DNA of 64,000 nt from Selaginella moellendorffii (lineage: Eukaryota > Plantae > Lycopodiophyta). This document shows positions 25,760-39,600 of the stretch, piece by piece; position 1 is the first letter of the stretch, and each line of letters starts with the position of its first letter. The position numbers and the translations under genes are program-made. The stretch lies in assembly GCF_000143415.4 (NCBI RefSeq), contig NW_003314272.1, forward strand, positions 291,173-355,172. The letters are read 5' to 3'. The notes under the pieces are model-generated. The model ran no database searches. It saw only the letters and a program-made list of their open reading frames with translations, and was not told the DNA's origin.

Positions 25760-27600
25760 TAATGTTTCTAATTGCAAGGTTGATTTCCTACACTCCACAA
25801 TTGAGTTGAGCTTTGTCTTGAAGCTCTCATTGCTCCATGGCATCAGGCTGTTTTGTTGCTTCTACAACTCCAGAGAGCTTATTCTTAAACTTGTTAAGCT
25901 TCTGTCAGAACTCATCATCGTAATCACTCTGATTGTCATCATCCATGACAATGGGTGGCTGCATCACTTTGAGCTGTCAGATCTTGCTATGTTCTACATT
26001 CTCTTTCGAGAGTTCCTTGTTTATGTGTTGAGTTTTTGTGCATACAAATCCTTGGAAAGCCATACCTCAAATGCTCCTCTTGAGCTAGAGAATGTCACTC
26101 TGGATCTTTGTGAGCTTCACGTCAAGGGGCTGGTAGACAATGGCATTGATTATAGGCTGGACTCCATCTCGCATGAAAACACTTATCTACTCATCGTGGA
26201 AAAGCGTTGCAAAATCTGCTAGTATCAGCATCTGTGGAGCTGGTTGGAGACGCTGCATTTCGTCCATAAATTGGAGAAATCCAGTGTGGAAGCTTAGGCT
26301 CGTGGCATTGCTCCTGCTTGGGATGCTCTTGACTGTGGTGTTCACAGTGATGCAGGATGTTGTTGGCGTCAGCATCAAGAGCTGGATTTGGTGGTGTTGC
26401 TGCATGCTGTAGAGATGCTAGAGGCTGCTCCTACTAGCTCGAGTTCACGTTATGCTGCTCTAGCTGTGACGACTATGAATTTTGAATGTCCTTCTTGGCA
26501 CTTATCTCATTCTTGGCATCATTTGGCAAGGTGGTTACTCTTTTAGGATCTTGTTCTTGAGTCTTCTCTTGAATTTCCTCTCCTTGAGCTTCGTGATATT
26601 TGTTGTTGGTTACTTCCTTGATAGCTTTTCTGCTCTATAGTTGTTTCTTTAATAGCTTTTCTACTCTTGCGTGTAGATGTTGCCTTGGTGTTGTGCATGG
26701 GTGATGTTGTCTCAACTGATGCTCTTCATCTCTTTGCTGATGAAGTCGGTGTTGGTGATGACTCTTCTTCTTCATTTTCTTCATCATCATCATAGAGCAG
26801 GATGAAATCTTCTCATCTTTTTGAAGTGCATTCCCTTTTTCTTCGTGTTCGTGGTATCTTTATATTCGTGGCTTTGCTTGGTCTTTTATTGCTGTCATCT
26901 ATTGCTGTCTCTTTGATTTGTAGTGGAATGGTAGTGTCGAGCTTTGGGATGAGTGCTGCAATGTAGGGAAGTGTGAGTGTTTTGTATTTGAGGTTGTCTT
27001 GGATCATCATTATTGTGATGTGGAGTTCCTTGATGAACTATCATAGAGGTAGCTTGCAATGTCGACTTGTGCTTTCTGCTATAAATCATTGTAGAGAATC
27101 ATAATTGCTTTGTCTGCGGAAGTCATGGACTTGTGTATCTCTAATGTGGAGATCAAAAACTTGAGTTGCAGCTTGGCTTCATCGATCACATTGCTCATTT
27201 GTAAAGAATTTCCACTATACACTTTGGTGGAATCCCCTTTGTGCATGAAATTGATATCACTCATTCTCCATTAGTGGGAAGTTTGAATGCCCACATGAAG
27301 TACTTGGTGATCAAGATAAACTTGTAGTTGTTGGTGTGCATAAAGTCTTCCTTGTATGCTGGGAGAATCTTTTTGGTGATGTTGATATCATATTGCTTTT
27401 CTATGATCTTGGAGAATTCATAAAGGCCGACTTTGTGTAGCCAATATCAAGCTCTTCAGTCCTCTTCTAAGTAGGATTGCAAGGTGAGAGGAGACTCACT
27501 TTAATCATGCTGATGACCTTGGGATTGAAGATGAACTCCTTGGGATGTTGCACACTTGCGTACCCCACTTTCCCATTTTGTTTTCTTATTCTTGGCACAC
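25760..27600 (-). pseudogene. Decayed coding-like region, probably a retroelement accessory ORF
   Basis: Protein-like fragments on the minus strand (WLHKVGLYEFSKIIEKQYDINITKK, acidic and Gln-rich tracts) next to the integrase relic. Family not recognised. Confidence 0.35.
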
Positions 27601-27869
27601 AGTACTATAACTGGAGGTGCTAGGGTTAGGGATTTCATTCTCTAAATTTGACTAAATGTTGAATGGTTTGAGTTCAATTCTCTAGCTTGAATTTTCTCTT
27701 TCTTGATATTGTTTTTTTGTTGGAGTATGTTTTCTCTTGATCTTGTGCTCATTTATTGTTGAATCTTAGTGGATTGTATGATTGTAAATTGTAGTAGTAT
27801 CTTTTCTTGATTTCTTGAATTTGGAATTTGAAAATTTTCTTTGAGTTCAGTTTTCAATCTTGAGTTTTG

Positions 27870-29040
27870 CATCCACAAGCTTGGTAAACAACATTAACAA
27901 GCTAACGACCTTAGCTGTATTATGACAAATGAACAACCAAAGTACAACATGGATGACTTCCCTGACTCCAACATCTTGCGAGTCCATACTTCACCAATTT
28001 GGATACATGATATCTACCACTACCTGACAACAACAAAGATACCAAACCAATACATTACTTCTGACCAATACAAGCAATTTGTCTTGAGGACAAGACCATA
28101 TATAGTCATGGGAGGAAAATTGTATAAGAAAGGACAAGATAATATACTACAAAGATGTGTATAGCCTAAAGAAACTCAAGATTTACTTGAAGAAGCTCAC
28201 TACGGACAAGAAAGAGGACACTTTGTAAAAGAAATCATAGCTTGGAAGGTTTTACAAGCTAGACTTTTGTGGCCAACACTCTGAAATGATTCAACAAATT
28301 TTGTCAAGAATATGATATTTGTCAAAGAACCAAGTATGTGCTAAAAATGCAGAATCAAGAACTTTATCTTATAACTCCTCTTGGAACTATTTCAATGATG
28401 GGGACTCAATTTATAGGACCACTTACAAGAAGTTCCAAGTGAAACAAATATATCCTCATAGCTATTGGCTATATGACGAAGTGGGTTGAAGCTCAACTAA
28501 TGAAAGCTGTAATAACAAAAAATACAGCAAAGTTCATTTATGAAAACATCATCACAAGTTTACCTCAAGAACTTGTTACAAATCAAGGAACACACTTCAT
28601 CAATAAGACCATCAAGATTCTGATTTAAGAGTTCACAATCAAGCATAAAACTTCAACACCTATTATCCTCAAGGAAATAGTTAAGCCAAATTTACAAACA
28701 AGACTCTCAAGAATATACTCAAGAAGATCACAAAGACAAAAAAAATTGGACAATTACATCCATAATGCCCTATGGGCATATTGAACTACTTATAAAGTTT
28801 CAAAAAACTCGACATCATTCAAGTTTGCCTACATTTTAGATATCTTGACACCACTTGAGTACATTGTTTCTTCATTGCGAATGGCAATACATTACAAGAT
28901 CAACCAAAAAGAATCAGTCAAGAGAAGTTTAGCAATGCTAAAAAAGCTTGATGAAGAATGACTACAAGCAATTTAGACACTCAAAGCCATTCAAGCTAGA
29001 AGAAAAGTCAACCACAACAGAAAAAAAACAACTCAAGAAA
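27870..29040 (+). mobile_element. Decayed Ty3/gypsy (Athila/Tat-type) integrase relic
   Basis: WIHDIYHYL...GGKLYKKGQDNILQRCV...EAHYGQERGHF...WPTL, then IGPL...YMTKWVEA...NQGTHF...YPQGN, interrupted by stops. Confidence 0.85.
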
Positions 29041-29049
29041 AGTGAAGAA

Positions 29050-30135
29050 TTCAAGTGTAAATTACAAATTTTTCCTTTATAATTTGCCAACTTATAGCCT
29101 TAATTAAGTTCTCTCACTAAATTTCCCACCTATTGTACTAGCCCCTACTTAGTCGTACTTAATTTCAGCAACTCACTGCACAAGCAACAGAGTGTTAACC
29201 ATCCATCCACAGATTCCTAAATTCTCTTCCAATCCCCCTCCCCGAGTTAAACTAGACTTAAAGCTCGGCTACACTCCCCACAGGTACAAGCAACCAAGCA
29301 TACTAAGCCTCTAGGTTTTTAACATCCCTTAGTACAACAAGGCTTGATCATAGGATCTTCTAAATCCCAAGTCTTGGGTGCAACACTTGCTTCAGGACAT
29401 TGGGGGGAAACACCATGGCTTAATGGCCTGGTATGGGTACCCTTACTCACTTCCATCTTGAAGGGAAGGCTCAAGCCCCAAAGAAGGGGCAAGGAATGAG
29501 CCATAAGGTATTCAAGTGGGGCACCATTCCATATGAGCCGGGAGCACTGTAATTAGTTTTCCTTCCAAGAGTGGGAGCTGCTTTTGACTATTTCCTTGGG
29601 TGGCCCCTCTGGCCTCACCCGAGTCCATGCTCACTCCCACCTAAGACCTTTAAGTTCCAGTCTCAACCTCAAGTCAATTTGGAATTATCATTAGAGAGTT
29701 CTTTCAAGACTGGTTTCTAGACCTCATTAGTCCTACTATACTTTTGGAACCCCTACAACCCCCCTCCCTCCCCCCTAGGAGACACACACTTTGGGCTTTC
29801 ACCCCATGACTTGTATTAGTATTCAGACTCAGTCTCGAACTTGATCTTGGACTCAATCTTGGACTTGACTTTGGACTCGGTCTCGGACTCAATCTCAGAC
29901 TCGATCTTGGACCTGACCTCAAACTCAGTCTTGGACTCAATCTTGGACTCGGTCTCAGGCACGATCTGGGATCTTAGACTCGGTTTTGAACTCAGTCTCA
30001 GACTCAATCTCGGACTTGGTCTTAAACTCGGTTTCAGACTCGATCTTCAACTTGGTCTCGAACTTAGTCTTGGACTTGGTCTTGGACTTAGTTTCGGACT
30101 TGATCTCAAACTCAGTCTCGAACTTGATCTCATCC
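29050..30135. repeat. Diverged LTR-like segment with a degenerate GACTCG/GTCTCG hexamer array (29820-30130)
   Basis: Preceded by CCTACTATACTTTTGGA...TTGGGCTTTCACCC, the same lead-in as the arrays in the young LTRs. Confidence 0.65.
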
Positions 30136-30684
30136 GATGAACTCTTTATTATTTCAATCGTGCTTTCAAGGATCCTTTAGCGTATGACACCTTAGGGAGT
30201 TGGTTCCTTACATTAAAGTTAAAGATCAAGTTCTATGATTTCGAGGAAATATAAAGAAAATTGGCTCAAAGACAAAATCAAGATAGAAAAGACCATTCCT
30301 TATCCAACAATTCAAAGCTTTAGAAATGGTAGCAATTACAACACTCTAACGAATATTTCCAAATTGTTAACCTTAACAAGCTCAAAAAATACTGATCAAT
30401 CAATATAAATCTTATCAATAATGCTAGGAAGAAGTGAAGAATACAACATTGAAACTCAAGAATCTAATACTAAACAAAATTATGAGCATGATATTTAACA
30501 ATTCAAGAACTCACAACACAAAACTCAAGACTTAAAAAAAAGGGAAATTAACTTAAAGAAATTTTAAGAAATTAAGCTCATGAAATCAAGCTCAAGATCC
30601 AAACTCAAGAAATCAACTCAAATAAAAACTTCAATGATTAAACATAAGAAGACAACTCCAAGAAGACTTAGGATGCCTTGTTTG

Positions 30685-33600
30685 TGTAAGCGACTAATTT
30701 TTCCATTCTACTTTAGTCACTTAACCACACCTCCGACCACTTGGAGAAGTCTCATTCACAACCTCCATAAGTTCAATTCAGGACTTGGGACTTGCTAGCC
30801 CCAAGAATGGCATCCATGCCACTCAACCCTTGCACCTGGTCTAAGTGCTCCACGTGTCCGATCCCATGACCGACACTCAAAGGTACCACCGACATAGCAG
30901 CCTGTTACGCTAAGGCCATGCCCAATCACCTTTGCCGCATTGGTAGTCCAATACCACTTGCAACACAGTCTTGTCTCTCCAAGACTGGGCCAACCATCCA
31001 TGAGTGGTCATCCCAGATCCACTCCTTAGCATCCTTAGGATGCCCACTGACAAGGGGAATAGCCTTCTCCAATATCCCTTTTCTGGTCCCCACCAAGTCC
31101 CTTTCTGCCCACGGCCGTGTTCACTAGCACTACCACTGAATTGAGGCCCACCGGCCCGACCACTAAGTCCCACAGTCCTCTGGGACTTCCTCACCACACG
31201 ACTGTGTCCTTGGTCACTACCCCAGAGGACTACTCCTCTTCCTTTCCACAGTCTGGGCCTTTGGGACAACATTTCGGAACACCGTGGCCTTACGCGAGCC
31301 ACCTGGGTACTCTCCCCGCCTTTCGCCTTTAGGTGCTCTAGCCATGGGCTTAGAGCGAGGTTCCGTTGAGCCACGCCTTTTATCCAAGTAGGTAGTGCCA
31401 CCCACACTTGGACTGGGAGCATCGGCTAGTCGATCTCCCGGGGGAACTAGAGCCGGCTCTTGAACACTTTACCAAGCTACCCCGCTTGTCGGTCCGTATT
31501 CACTCTAGTCTTGGACTTCCCAGTGGTCAGTTCATCACCCAACACTGGGTCTGGCCTTCCTGGGCCAAACTAGGCTTTCCTGGCCAAACTGGCTCCACTG
31601 CAGTCCTCCCCCTTACTATACTTTTGGAGCTCACCAAACCCCCCAGGGTCTGGGAGACGAATGCTTTGGGCTTTCACCCTCTCAGACTCGAACTCGGACT
31701 CGGACTCGGGCTCGGGCTCGGTCTTAGCCTTGGCTTCGGACTCGGTCTCGGTCCCGGTCTCGGTCTCGGTCTCGTTCCCAGTCTCAGTCTCGACCTCGGA
31801 CTCCATCTCGGGTCCTTCTTGGACTCCATCTCGGACTCCATCTCGGACTCTGTCTCGGTCCATCTCAGACTCCATCTCGGACTCCATCTCGGACTCCATC
31901 TCGGTCCATCTCGGACTCCATCTCGGGTCCATCTCGGACTCCGTCTCGGTCCACCTCGGACTCCATCTCGGACTCCATCTTGGGTCCATCTCAGACTCCA
32001 TCTCGGACTCCATCTCGGGTCCATCTCAGACTCCATCTCAGTCCACCTCGGACTCCATCTCGAACTCCATCTCGGGTCCATCTCGGACTCCATCTCGGAC
32101 TCCGTCTTGGGTCCATCTTGGACTCCGTCTCGGACTCCACTTCGGACTCCATATCGGACTCCATTTTGGGTCCATCTCGGACTCCAGCTAGGGTCCGTCT
32201 CGGACTCCATCTCGGACACTTCCACGTGTCATGTGTTGGTCCTTTTTGGGTCCCTTTTTGGAGCCTTGCTTATTGCTCGCTTCGTGCTCGCTCCTTGAGC
32301 ACTTTGTTGGGAGTTCCACTCCCGCTCTCGACCTTCCAAGTCAGAGCTTTTAGTCCATACGTGTTACACTCGTTTGGGCTTTTGCTTCGGCCACTACCAC
32401 ATGGCACCCTTTCCGGCTCCACTTTGGGGCCTAGGGATTTTGTGTCTCACAACTCCACCACCCATAGACAAAGTTCGATGCCCTCATCAAACGGTAAACC
32501 CTTTTATAAAGTAACACCCACAGGTATTACCATTCCCATCCTTGGCACTCGGCCAATATTTGTTTATGGTTTGACCCCGAAGGCTCACCATGCCTTGTCC
32601 ATCCTCTAAGGAGGATAGTCTCTCCAACTTAGAGACTGATTGGACCACTTGTGGTGGTTCTTTCCATTTATTGGTTTAGTTCTCGCTAAACTTGTTAGAG
32701 ACACCGTCTATCTCAATCCCACTACTCCATCTTGAGTAGTCTCAATTTTCATCGATATAACCTTTGCACTTTGGAACGTTTACTTTTGACTTCTTGAAGT
32801 CAATTTTCCTAGGTGTCTTCGACACCTTACATTGCACATATTGTGCAAGTCCACTTCCCTATCCTAGGAAGTTATTTACTTGAGGGCACCATCATCCTCT
32901 TTTCTATTTTGTGCCACCCTTGGCACTACGTTCCAATTATCATCATTTGTGCCAGGGCTGTCCACGGCCCTATCCTTTGGCTATTTTTGCCACTCCTCAC
33001 TTGGAGCTTTTACTTGGGAATCTATCCTTGGAAGTCCACCTCCTTTTCCGCAATTTGTTAGCATCAAACACATTTGTGTTCCTTGGCTAACTTTGCCATT
33101 TGGATTCCTTCCCATGATTGCCATGGCTCTTTTCTTGGCCATTGGTCTTTTGCTCCTATCCTTGATTGTTGCACCCAGCAACATAGGATCGCTACCTCCA
33201 TTTTTGAGGTTTCCTTTCGGTTCCATAGCAAACACTTTGCTTTGCCAAGTCCAGAGGGTGTTCACCCCTAGTACGTCTCTTTAACATTTTCTGTCGTGGG
33301 CCCTATCCACGGCCCAACTTTTTGAGACCCTCCCTTGGATCTCTTATAAAGACTACTTTCCTTGGACTTACTATTGTGAGACACAAAATCCCTAGGCCCC
33401 AAAGTGGAGCCGGAAAGGGTGCCACGTGGTAGTGGCCGAAGCGAGAGCCAAACGAGTGTAACACATTTGGACCAAAAGCTCCGACTTGAAAAGTCAAGAG
33501 CGGGAGTGGAACTCCCAACGAAGTGCTCGAGGAACGAGCACGAAGAGAGCAAAAGGCGAGGCTCCAAAAAGGGGACCCAAAAGGACCAACACATGACACG

Positions 33601-36600
33601 TGGGAGTGTCCGAGATGGACTCGAGTTGGAGTCCGAAGTGGAGTCCGAGATGGACCCGAGTTGGAGTCCGAAATGGAGTCCGAGATGGACCCGAGATGGA
33701 GTCCGAGATGGAGTCCGAAGTGGAGTCGGAGGTGGACCCGAGATGGACCCGAGTTGGAGTCCGAAGTGGAGTCCGAGATAGACCCGAGATGGAGTCCGAG
33801 ATGGAGTCCGAGGTGGACCCGAGATGGACCCGAGTTGGAGTCCGAAGTGGAGTCCGAGATGGACCCGAGATGGAGTCCGAGATGGAGTCCGAGATGGAGT
33901 CCGAGGTGGACCCGAGATGGACCCGAAATGGAGTCCGAGATGGACCCGAGATGGAGTCCGAGATGGAGTCCGAGATGGACCCGAGATGGACCCGAGATGG
34001 AGTCCGAGATGGAGTCCGAGATGGAGTCCGAAGTCGAGACCGAGACTGGGACCGGGACCGGGACCGAGACCGAGACCGAGATCGGGACCGAGACCGAGAC
34101 CGAGGCCGAGGCCAAGACCGAGCCCGAGCCCGAGTCTGAGTCCGAATCCGAGTCCGAGTCTGAGTCCGAGTCCGAGTCCGAGTCCGAGTCCGAGTTCGAG
34201 TCCGGAGCTTGAGAGGGTGAAAGCCCAAAGCATTCGTCTCCCAGACCCTGGGGGGTTTGGTGAGCTCCAAAAGTATAGTAGGGGGAGGACTGCAGTGGAG
34301 CCAGTTTGGCCAGGAAAGGCCAGTTTGGCCAGGAAAGGCCAGTTTGGCCAGGAAAGGCCAGTTTGGCCCAGGAAGGCCGGACCCAGTGTTGGGTGATGAG
34401 CTGCCCACTGGGAAGTCCAAGACTAGAGTGAACATGGACCGACAAGCGGGGTAGCTTGGTGAAGTGTTCAAGAGCCGGCTCTAGTTCCCCCGGGAGATCG
34501 ACTGGCCGATGCTCCCAGTCCAAGTGTGGGTGGCACTACCTACTTGGATACCTGGTGTGGCTCAACGGAACCCGCTCTAAGCCCATGGCTAGAGCACCCA
34601 AGGGCAGAAGGCGAGGAGAGTACCCAGGTGGCTCGCGTAAGGCCACGGTGTTCCGAAATGTTGTCCCAAAGGCCCAGACTGTGGAAAGGAAGAGGAGCAG
34701 TCCTTTGGGGTAGTGACCAAGGACACAGTTGTGTGGTGAGGAAGTCCCAGAGGACTGTGGGACTTAGTGGTCAGGCCTATGGGTCTCGATCCAGTGGCAG
34801 TGTTGGCAAACACGACCAGGGGCAGAAAGGGACTTAGTGGGGACTGACAGAGGGATATTGGGGAAGGCTATTCCCCTTGTCGGTGGGCATCCTAAGGATG
34901 CTAAGGAGTGGATCTGAGATGACCACTCACGGATGGTTTGCCTAGTCTTGGAGAGCCAAGACTGTGATGCAAGTGGTATTGGACTACCAGTGTGGCAAAG
35001 GTGATTGGGCATGGCCTTAGCGTAACAGGCTGCTATGTCGGTGGTACCTTTGAGTGTCGGTCATGGGATCGGACATGTGGAGCACTTGGACCAAGTGCAA
35101 ATGTTGAGTGGCATGGATGCCATTCTCGGGGCTAGCAAGTCCCAAGTCTTGGATTGGACTTATGGAGGTTGTGAATGAGACTTCTCCAAGTGGTCAGAGG
35201 TGTGGTTAAGTGACTAAAGTAGAATGGAAAATTTAGTCGCTTACAATTTGGTATCGGAGCTGTTCCTTAGTCCGACTTTTATTGGTGCTCAAGTATATCA
35301 CCACTAGTGTTGGCATCAGAAGGTCTGAGGAGTGGGCCTATCCTTGAGGAGTAGCAAGTCGGGAAGACATGGCTCTCCATTACAGTTCATGTGTGAACTT
35401 GTAGACGAGGTGGTGGATAGAAAAGGGCCAATAATAGAACGACTTTGGGATCTTGGGAACAGTGGAAGGTTTTCCTCATATAGTTGAGGTTGGTGCTCAT
35501 GAATGTGAGACCAAAGGTAATGACCGTGGAAGGTCAAATATGGAAGAGGACTCAAGTCCTTGAAATGGTAGCCGGGGCTACCTTTAATAAATGCTGGAAC
35601 AACCCAAGGAGTTGGGGAGTGTACTTAGAGATGAGTGGTATTCTCATCGCATGGACAAGTAGTCCTAAGGGGCAAAAGTTGCCCCCAGAGAACAAAATCA
35701 AGTGTCGGAGTAACACTTGTGAAAATAGTTCTTTTGAGTAGGACAGGAATGCAAGAAGTGTATTCCAGTGAGCTAGTGCCTCACAAGTAGGACCTTACGG
35801 GTCTGTGGATTAACCAAGTCCAAAACTGCTGGATGACTCAAGTAGAGTCAAGGGATGGTCCTAAAAGGACTGAGGGAAGCATTTGGACTGAGGTGTGTTG
35901 TACCCCACAAAGGATGGGGGGGGATCATAGGATCCAAGGATGAGAATAGAGGGTATCTCATCGATGGCAAAATGTGCCATGCTAAAGTTATGGGAAAGGT
36001 GTTCCCAGAAGAAAACAACTTTGACATAAAGTTGTGTGTGACCTTTATGGTGCAGTGCTAACGGATGGTTGGCATGAGAAAGAGCGGTGTTGGTCTTGGC
36101 AAAGACTTAGACACGAAGGGGAAATGTCATAGAGGTAGGCTCGTGGAGCTGATGGTGTGAAGACACCAAATGTGCCAAGGTGTGATACCTTGAGGCTATG
36201 TTGGTGGGTTCATGAGAACCCCTTGCCAAAGGAATCCCAATGGAAATGGGAATAGCATAGCCTAAGCTGCAGAGCATGCAGTTGGAGTGTGGTGACCCAG
36301 ATATGATGGAGGTGTGAAAGCACCAAGCAATGAGTTGTAGGACTTGACAACTATGAGGCAACTAAGCAAGAGGTGCAAAATAACTGGTTAAACGGGTAGA
36401 AGGTAGCTACCCAAGACTTCTTAATAGCATAAGGAAGTTGGATATACCCTTAAGGGGGATAAGTTGCTTGTGTTGCGATATAGTAAGTCAATGTCATAAA
36501 AGGAAATACTCATTGTCAAGAAAGCCATCATTGGGACACCCGGACACTCTAGAACACCAGAAGGTGGTGTTTGATGTCGCGAGGGCAATGGATAAAGCCC

Positions 36601-39600
36601 AAGGGACTAAGTCCCTAGCGAATGATGGATAGAAGGTGCTATCCAAATGTCCAAGGTTGCGGAGACAGGAGAGGACTGTCTACCCGAGTTGGACAAAGCC
36701 AAAAATGGAATTTTGGCAAGGCTAGTGATGGGCATGTAAAGGCCCATAAGCAACAATGTAATCCCAGTGTGTGGGATTATAAGGTGAGCATACCCGGATT
36801 GAGGAACCACTCCCTAGGCTATTGGGTAGGTTCATCCCTAAGAATACTTGCTAAAGCGTGATAGAAAGTGCAAAGCTATCCTCCTGGTCTGGAGGAGAAT
36901 GACCAAAGGAAAGGTGTGAAGCCAAAAAGCAAGAAGTAAGGGGATAGAACCGAACCATAGGAATCAAAGGGCATAACCAAGGTTGGTTATGCCAGCTGGG
37001 AGTGGAGAATCAAGTGGGGGCTCGAGGGTGTTGCCGCTAGCAACCGTGATGCCATGGAGAGTCTAAAATATGGAATTGTCCATGTTAGACTATGTGGCAT
37101 TTTGAAAGCTTGCGAAAGGGGAGGCCTTAGCAAGCTGAGGGACAGAGTTCCTTCAAGGTTCCCAAAGACGATTCTAGGTAGCGTAGTACCTAGAAAGGCC
37201 AAGTGTAAATGGTTCATGGAACGCGCGAAATCAGAGTGGCGCAGCAGAAGCGTGGTCTTGAAGCTTGCCATGAGGCAAGGTTATCAAGGTTAGGGAAGTA
37301 GGTCCCGAGTGTTCAAAGAGAGGGCTTTGAACGAAAGTCGATGGTCAAGGACTTTCACGCTTATGCAGGAACCATGTTACAGTGGTCGGAGGACTTGCCA
37401 AGTGAGATTGGCACGTCGGGGGAACAAATACCCTAGTTGAAGGTGATAACTTCAAAAGGGGTGGGCCATGGGGCCGAGCATGGAGGAGTCCATGCATGAT
37501 CACAGACATGTCAAGTGAGAGGACTTGGCAGTGTGGAGGAACTAGGTTCCTAAGCTGTGATCTGTAGCGCGCTTTCAAAATAAGTTGGTGCACCGGCGTG
37601 GGGAGTCACGTCAGGCATCTTGTGTGATGCCATCCGTAGATGCATATACGGAGGTTGGGTTCGAGTCCCGACCCTCTAGTGCTTGGGTTCGAGTCCCAAA
37701 TCACTAGGGCGTGGTGATGGTTTGGAATATGAGGACACTCATATTTCGGTGGTCATGGACTCTCAGTGGGGAGACTGGTTTGGGCACACCGCCAAGCGAG
37801 GGATGCCTCGGAGTCGTGATGCACGGTTAGATTGCTTAGTGTGAAAGCTCGGCATATCTAACTTGAACGCTTTGGTGCAAGTGGCACCAAGGTCATGGTG
37901 AGTGAGATGGGGACATCTAATCTTAGTTGCTAGTTGCTTAGCGGCCATAAGGGCTAGCTTGGGTGCACCGCCAAGTGTGGGGGATGCCCCCGGGGTTATA
38001 GTCAACAACTTGGAGGTCTAGAAAACCAAGTGCCTCTTGGCAACTCTGTTAAGGTGCCAAAGTGAGATCACTAGGTGATCTTATGGCCAGAAAAGGACAA
38101 GGTCCTTGGTTGGCTAAGGAATGAAGTTCCTGGTTCAAAATGTTGAAATTGAACTGTTTAAGGTGGTGTGGCTTGGTCGTGATAACCAAGTGGGAAGAGC
38201 ACCTAAGGGAAATAAACTATGTCCGTGCGATGGCATAGTGAGTCCGAGGAAAGTAGTCTCTATAAAAGACCCATGGGAGGGTCACGAAGTTGGGCCGTGG
38301 ATAGAGCCCATAGCAGAAGATGCTAAAGAGACGTATTAGGGGTGAACATCCTCCGGACTTGGCAAAGAAGAGTTTTTGCTATGGAACCGAAACAATACCT
38401 CAAGGAGGGAGGTAGAGATTCAATGTTGCTTGGTGCAACAATGAACGGATAGGAGCAAAAGATGAGTGGCCAAGATAGGGCCGTGGAATCCCTTGGAAGG
38501 AATCCAAGTGACAAAGTTAGGCGAGGAACACTAATGTGTTGGACGCTAACAAGTTGCGGGAAAGGAAGTGTGTTTCCAAGGAGGGATTCCGAAATGCTCC
38601 GATTTGGCGAAAGTGGAAGCTCCAAGGGAGGGAGCGGTAAGGTAGCCAAATGATAGGGCCATGAACAGCCCTAGCACAAAGTATGATAACTGGAACTTTG
38701 GCACGAAATAGAAGAGAGGATGATGGTGCCCTCGAGTAGAGAACTTCCTAGGATGGGAAGTGGAGTTGCACAAAAGGTGCAAGGCAAGGTGTCGGAGACA
38801 CCTAGGAAATTGACTCCAAGAAGTCAAAATTCAAAGTTCCAAAGTGCAAAGGTTATATCGATGGAAATTGAGACTACTCGAGAAGGAGTAGTGGGATTGA
38901 CTTAGAGAAGGGTCTCTAAGAGGTTTAGCGAGAACTAAACCAATAAAAGGAGAGAACCACTACATGTGGTCCAATCAGTCTCTAAGTTGGGGAGACTACC
39001 CTCCTTAGAGGATAGGCAAGGCATGGTGAGCCTTTGGTGTCAAACCATTGAGGCATATGCAAAAGGCATGGTGAGCCTTCAATGTCAAACCATTGACAAA
39101 TATTGGCTAGGTGCCAAGGATGGAAATGGTAACACATGCGAGTGTTACTTTACAAAATGGTTTACCGTTTGATGAGGACATCGAACTTCGTCTATGGGTG
39201 GTGGAGTTGTGAGACACAAAATCCCTAGGCCCCAAAGTGGAGCCGGAAAGGGTGCCACGTGGTAGTGGCCGAAGCGTGGATACCTGGTGTGGCTCAACGG
39301 AACCCGCTCTAAGCCCATGGCTAGAGCACCCAAGGGCAGAAGGTGAGGAGAGTACCCAGGTGGCTCGCGTAAGGCCACGGTGTTCCGAAATGTTGTCCCA
39401 AAGGCCCAGACTGTGGAAAGGAAGAGGAGCAGTCCTTTGGGGTAGTGACCAAGGACACAGTTGTGTGGTGAGGAAGTCCCAGAGGATTGTGGGACTTAGT
39501 GGTCAGGCCTGTGGGTCTCGATCCAGTGGCAGTGTTGGCAAACACGACCAGGGGCAGAAAGGGACTTAGTGGGGACTGACAGAGGGATATTGGGGAAGGC

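Noticed and set aside
25665-26222. 185-aa plus-strand ORF
   Set aside because: Starts inside an LTR fragment and runs antisense to a decayed coding-like region; no motifs.
37620-37700. tRNA gene or SINE at GGTTCGAGTCCC
   Set aside because: No acceptor stem, D-arm or convincing A-box. Kept only as a tRNA-like structural motif.
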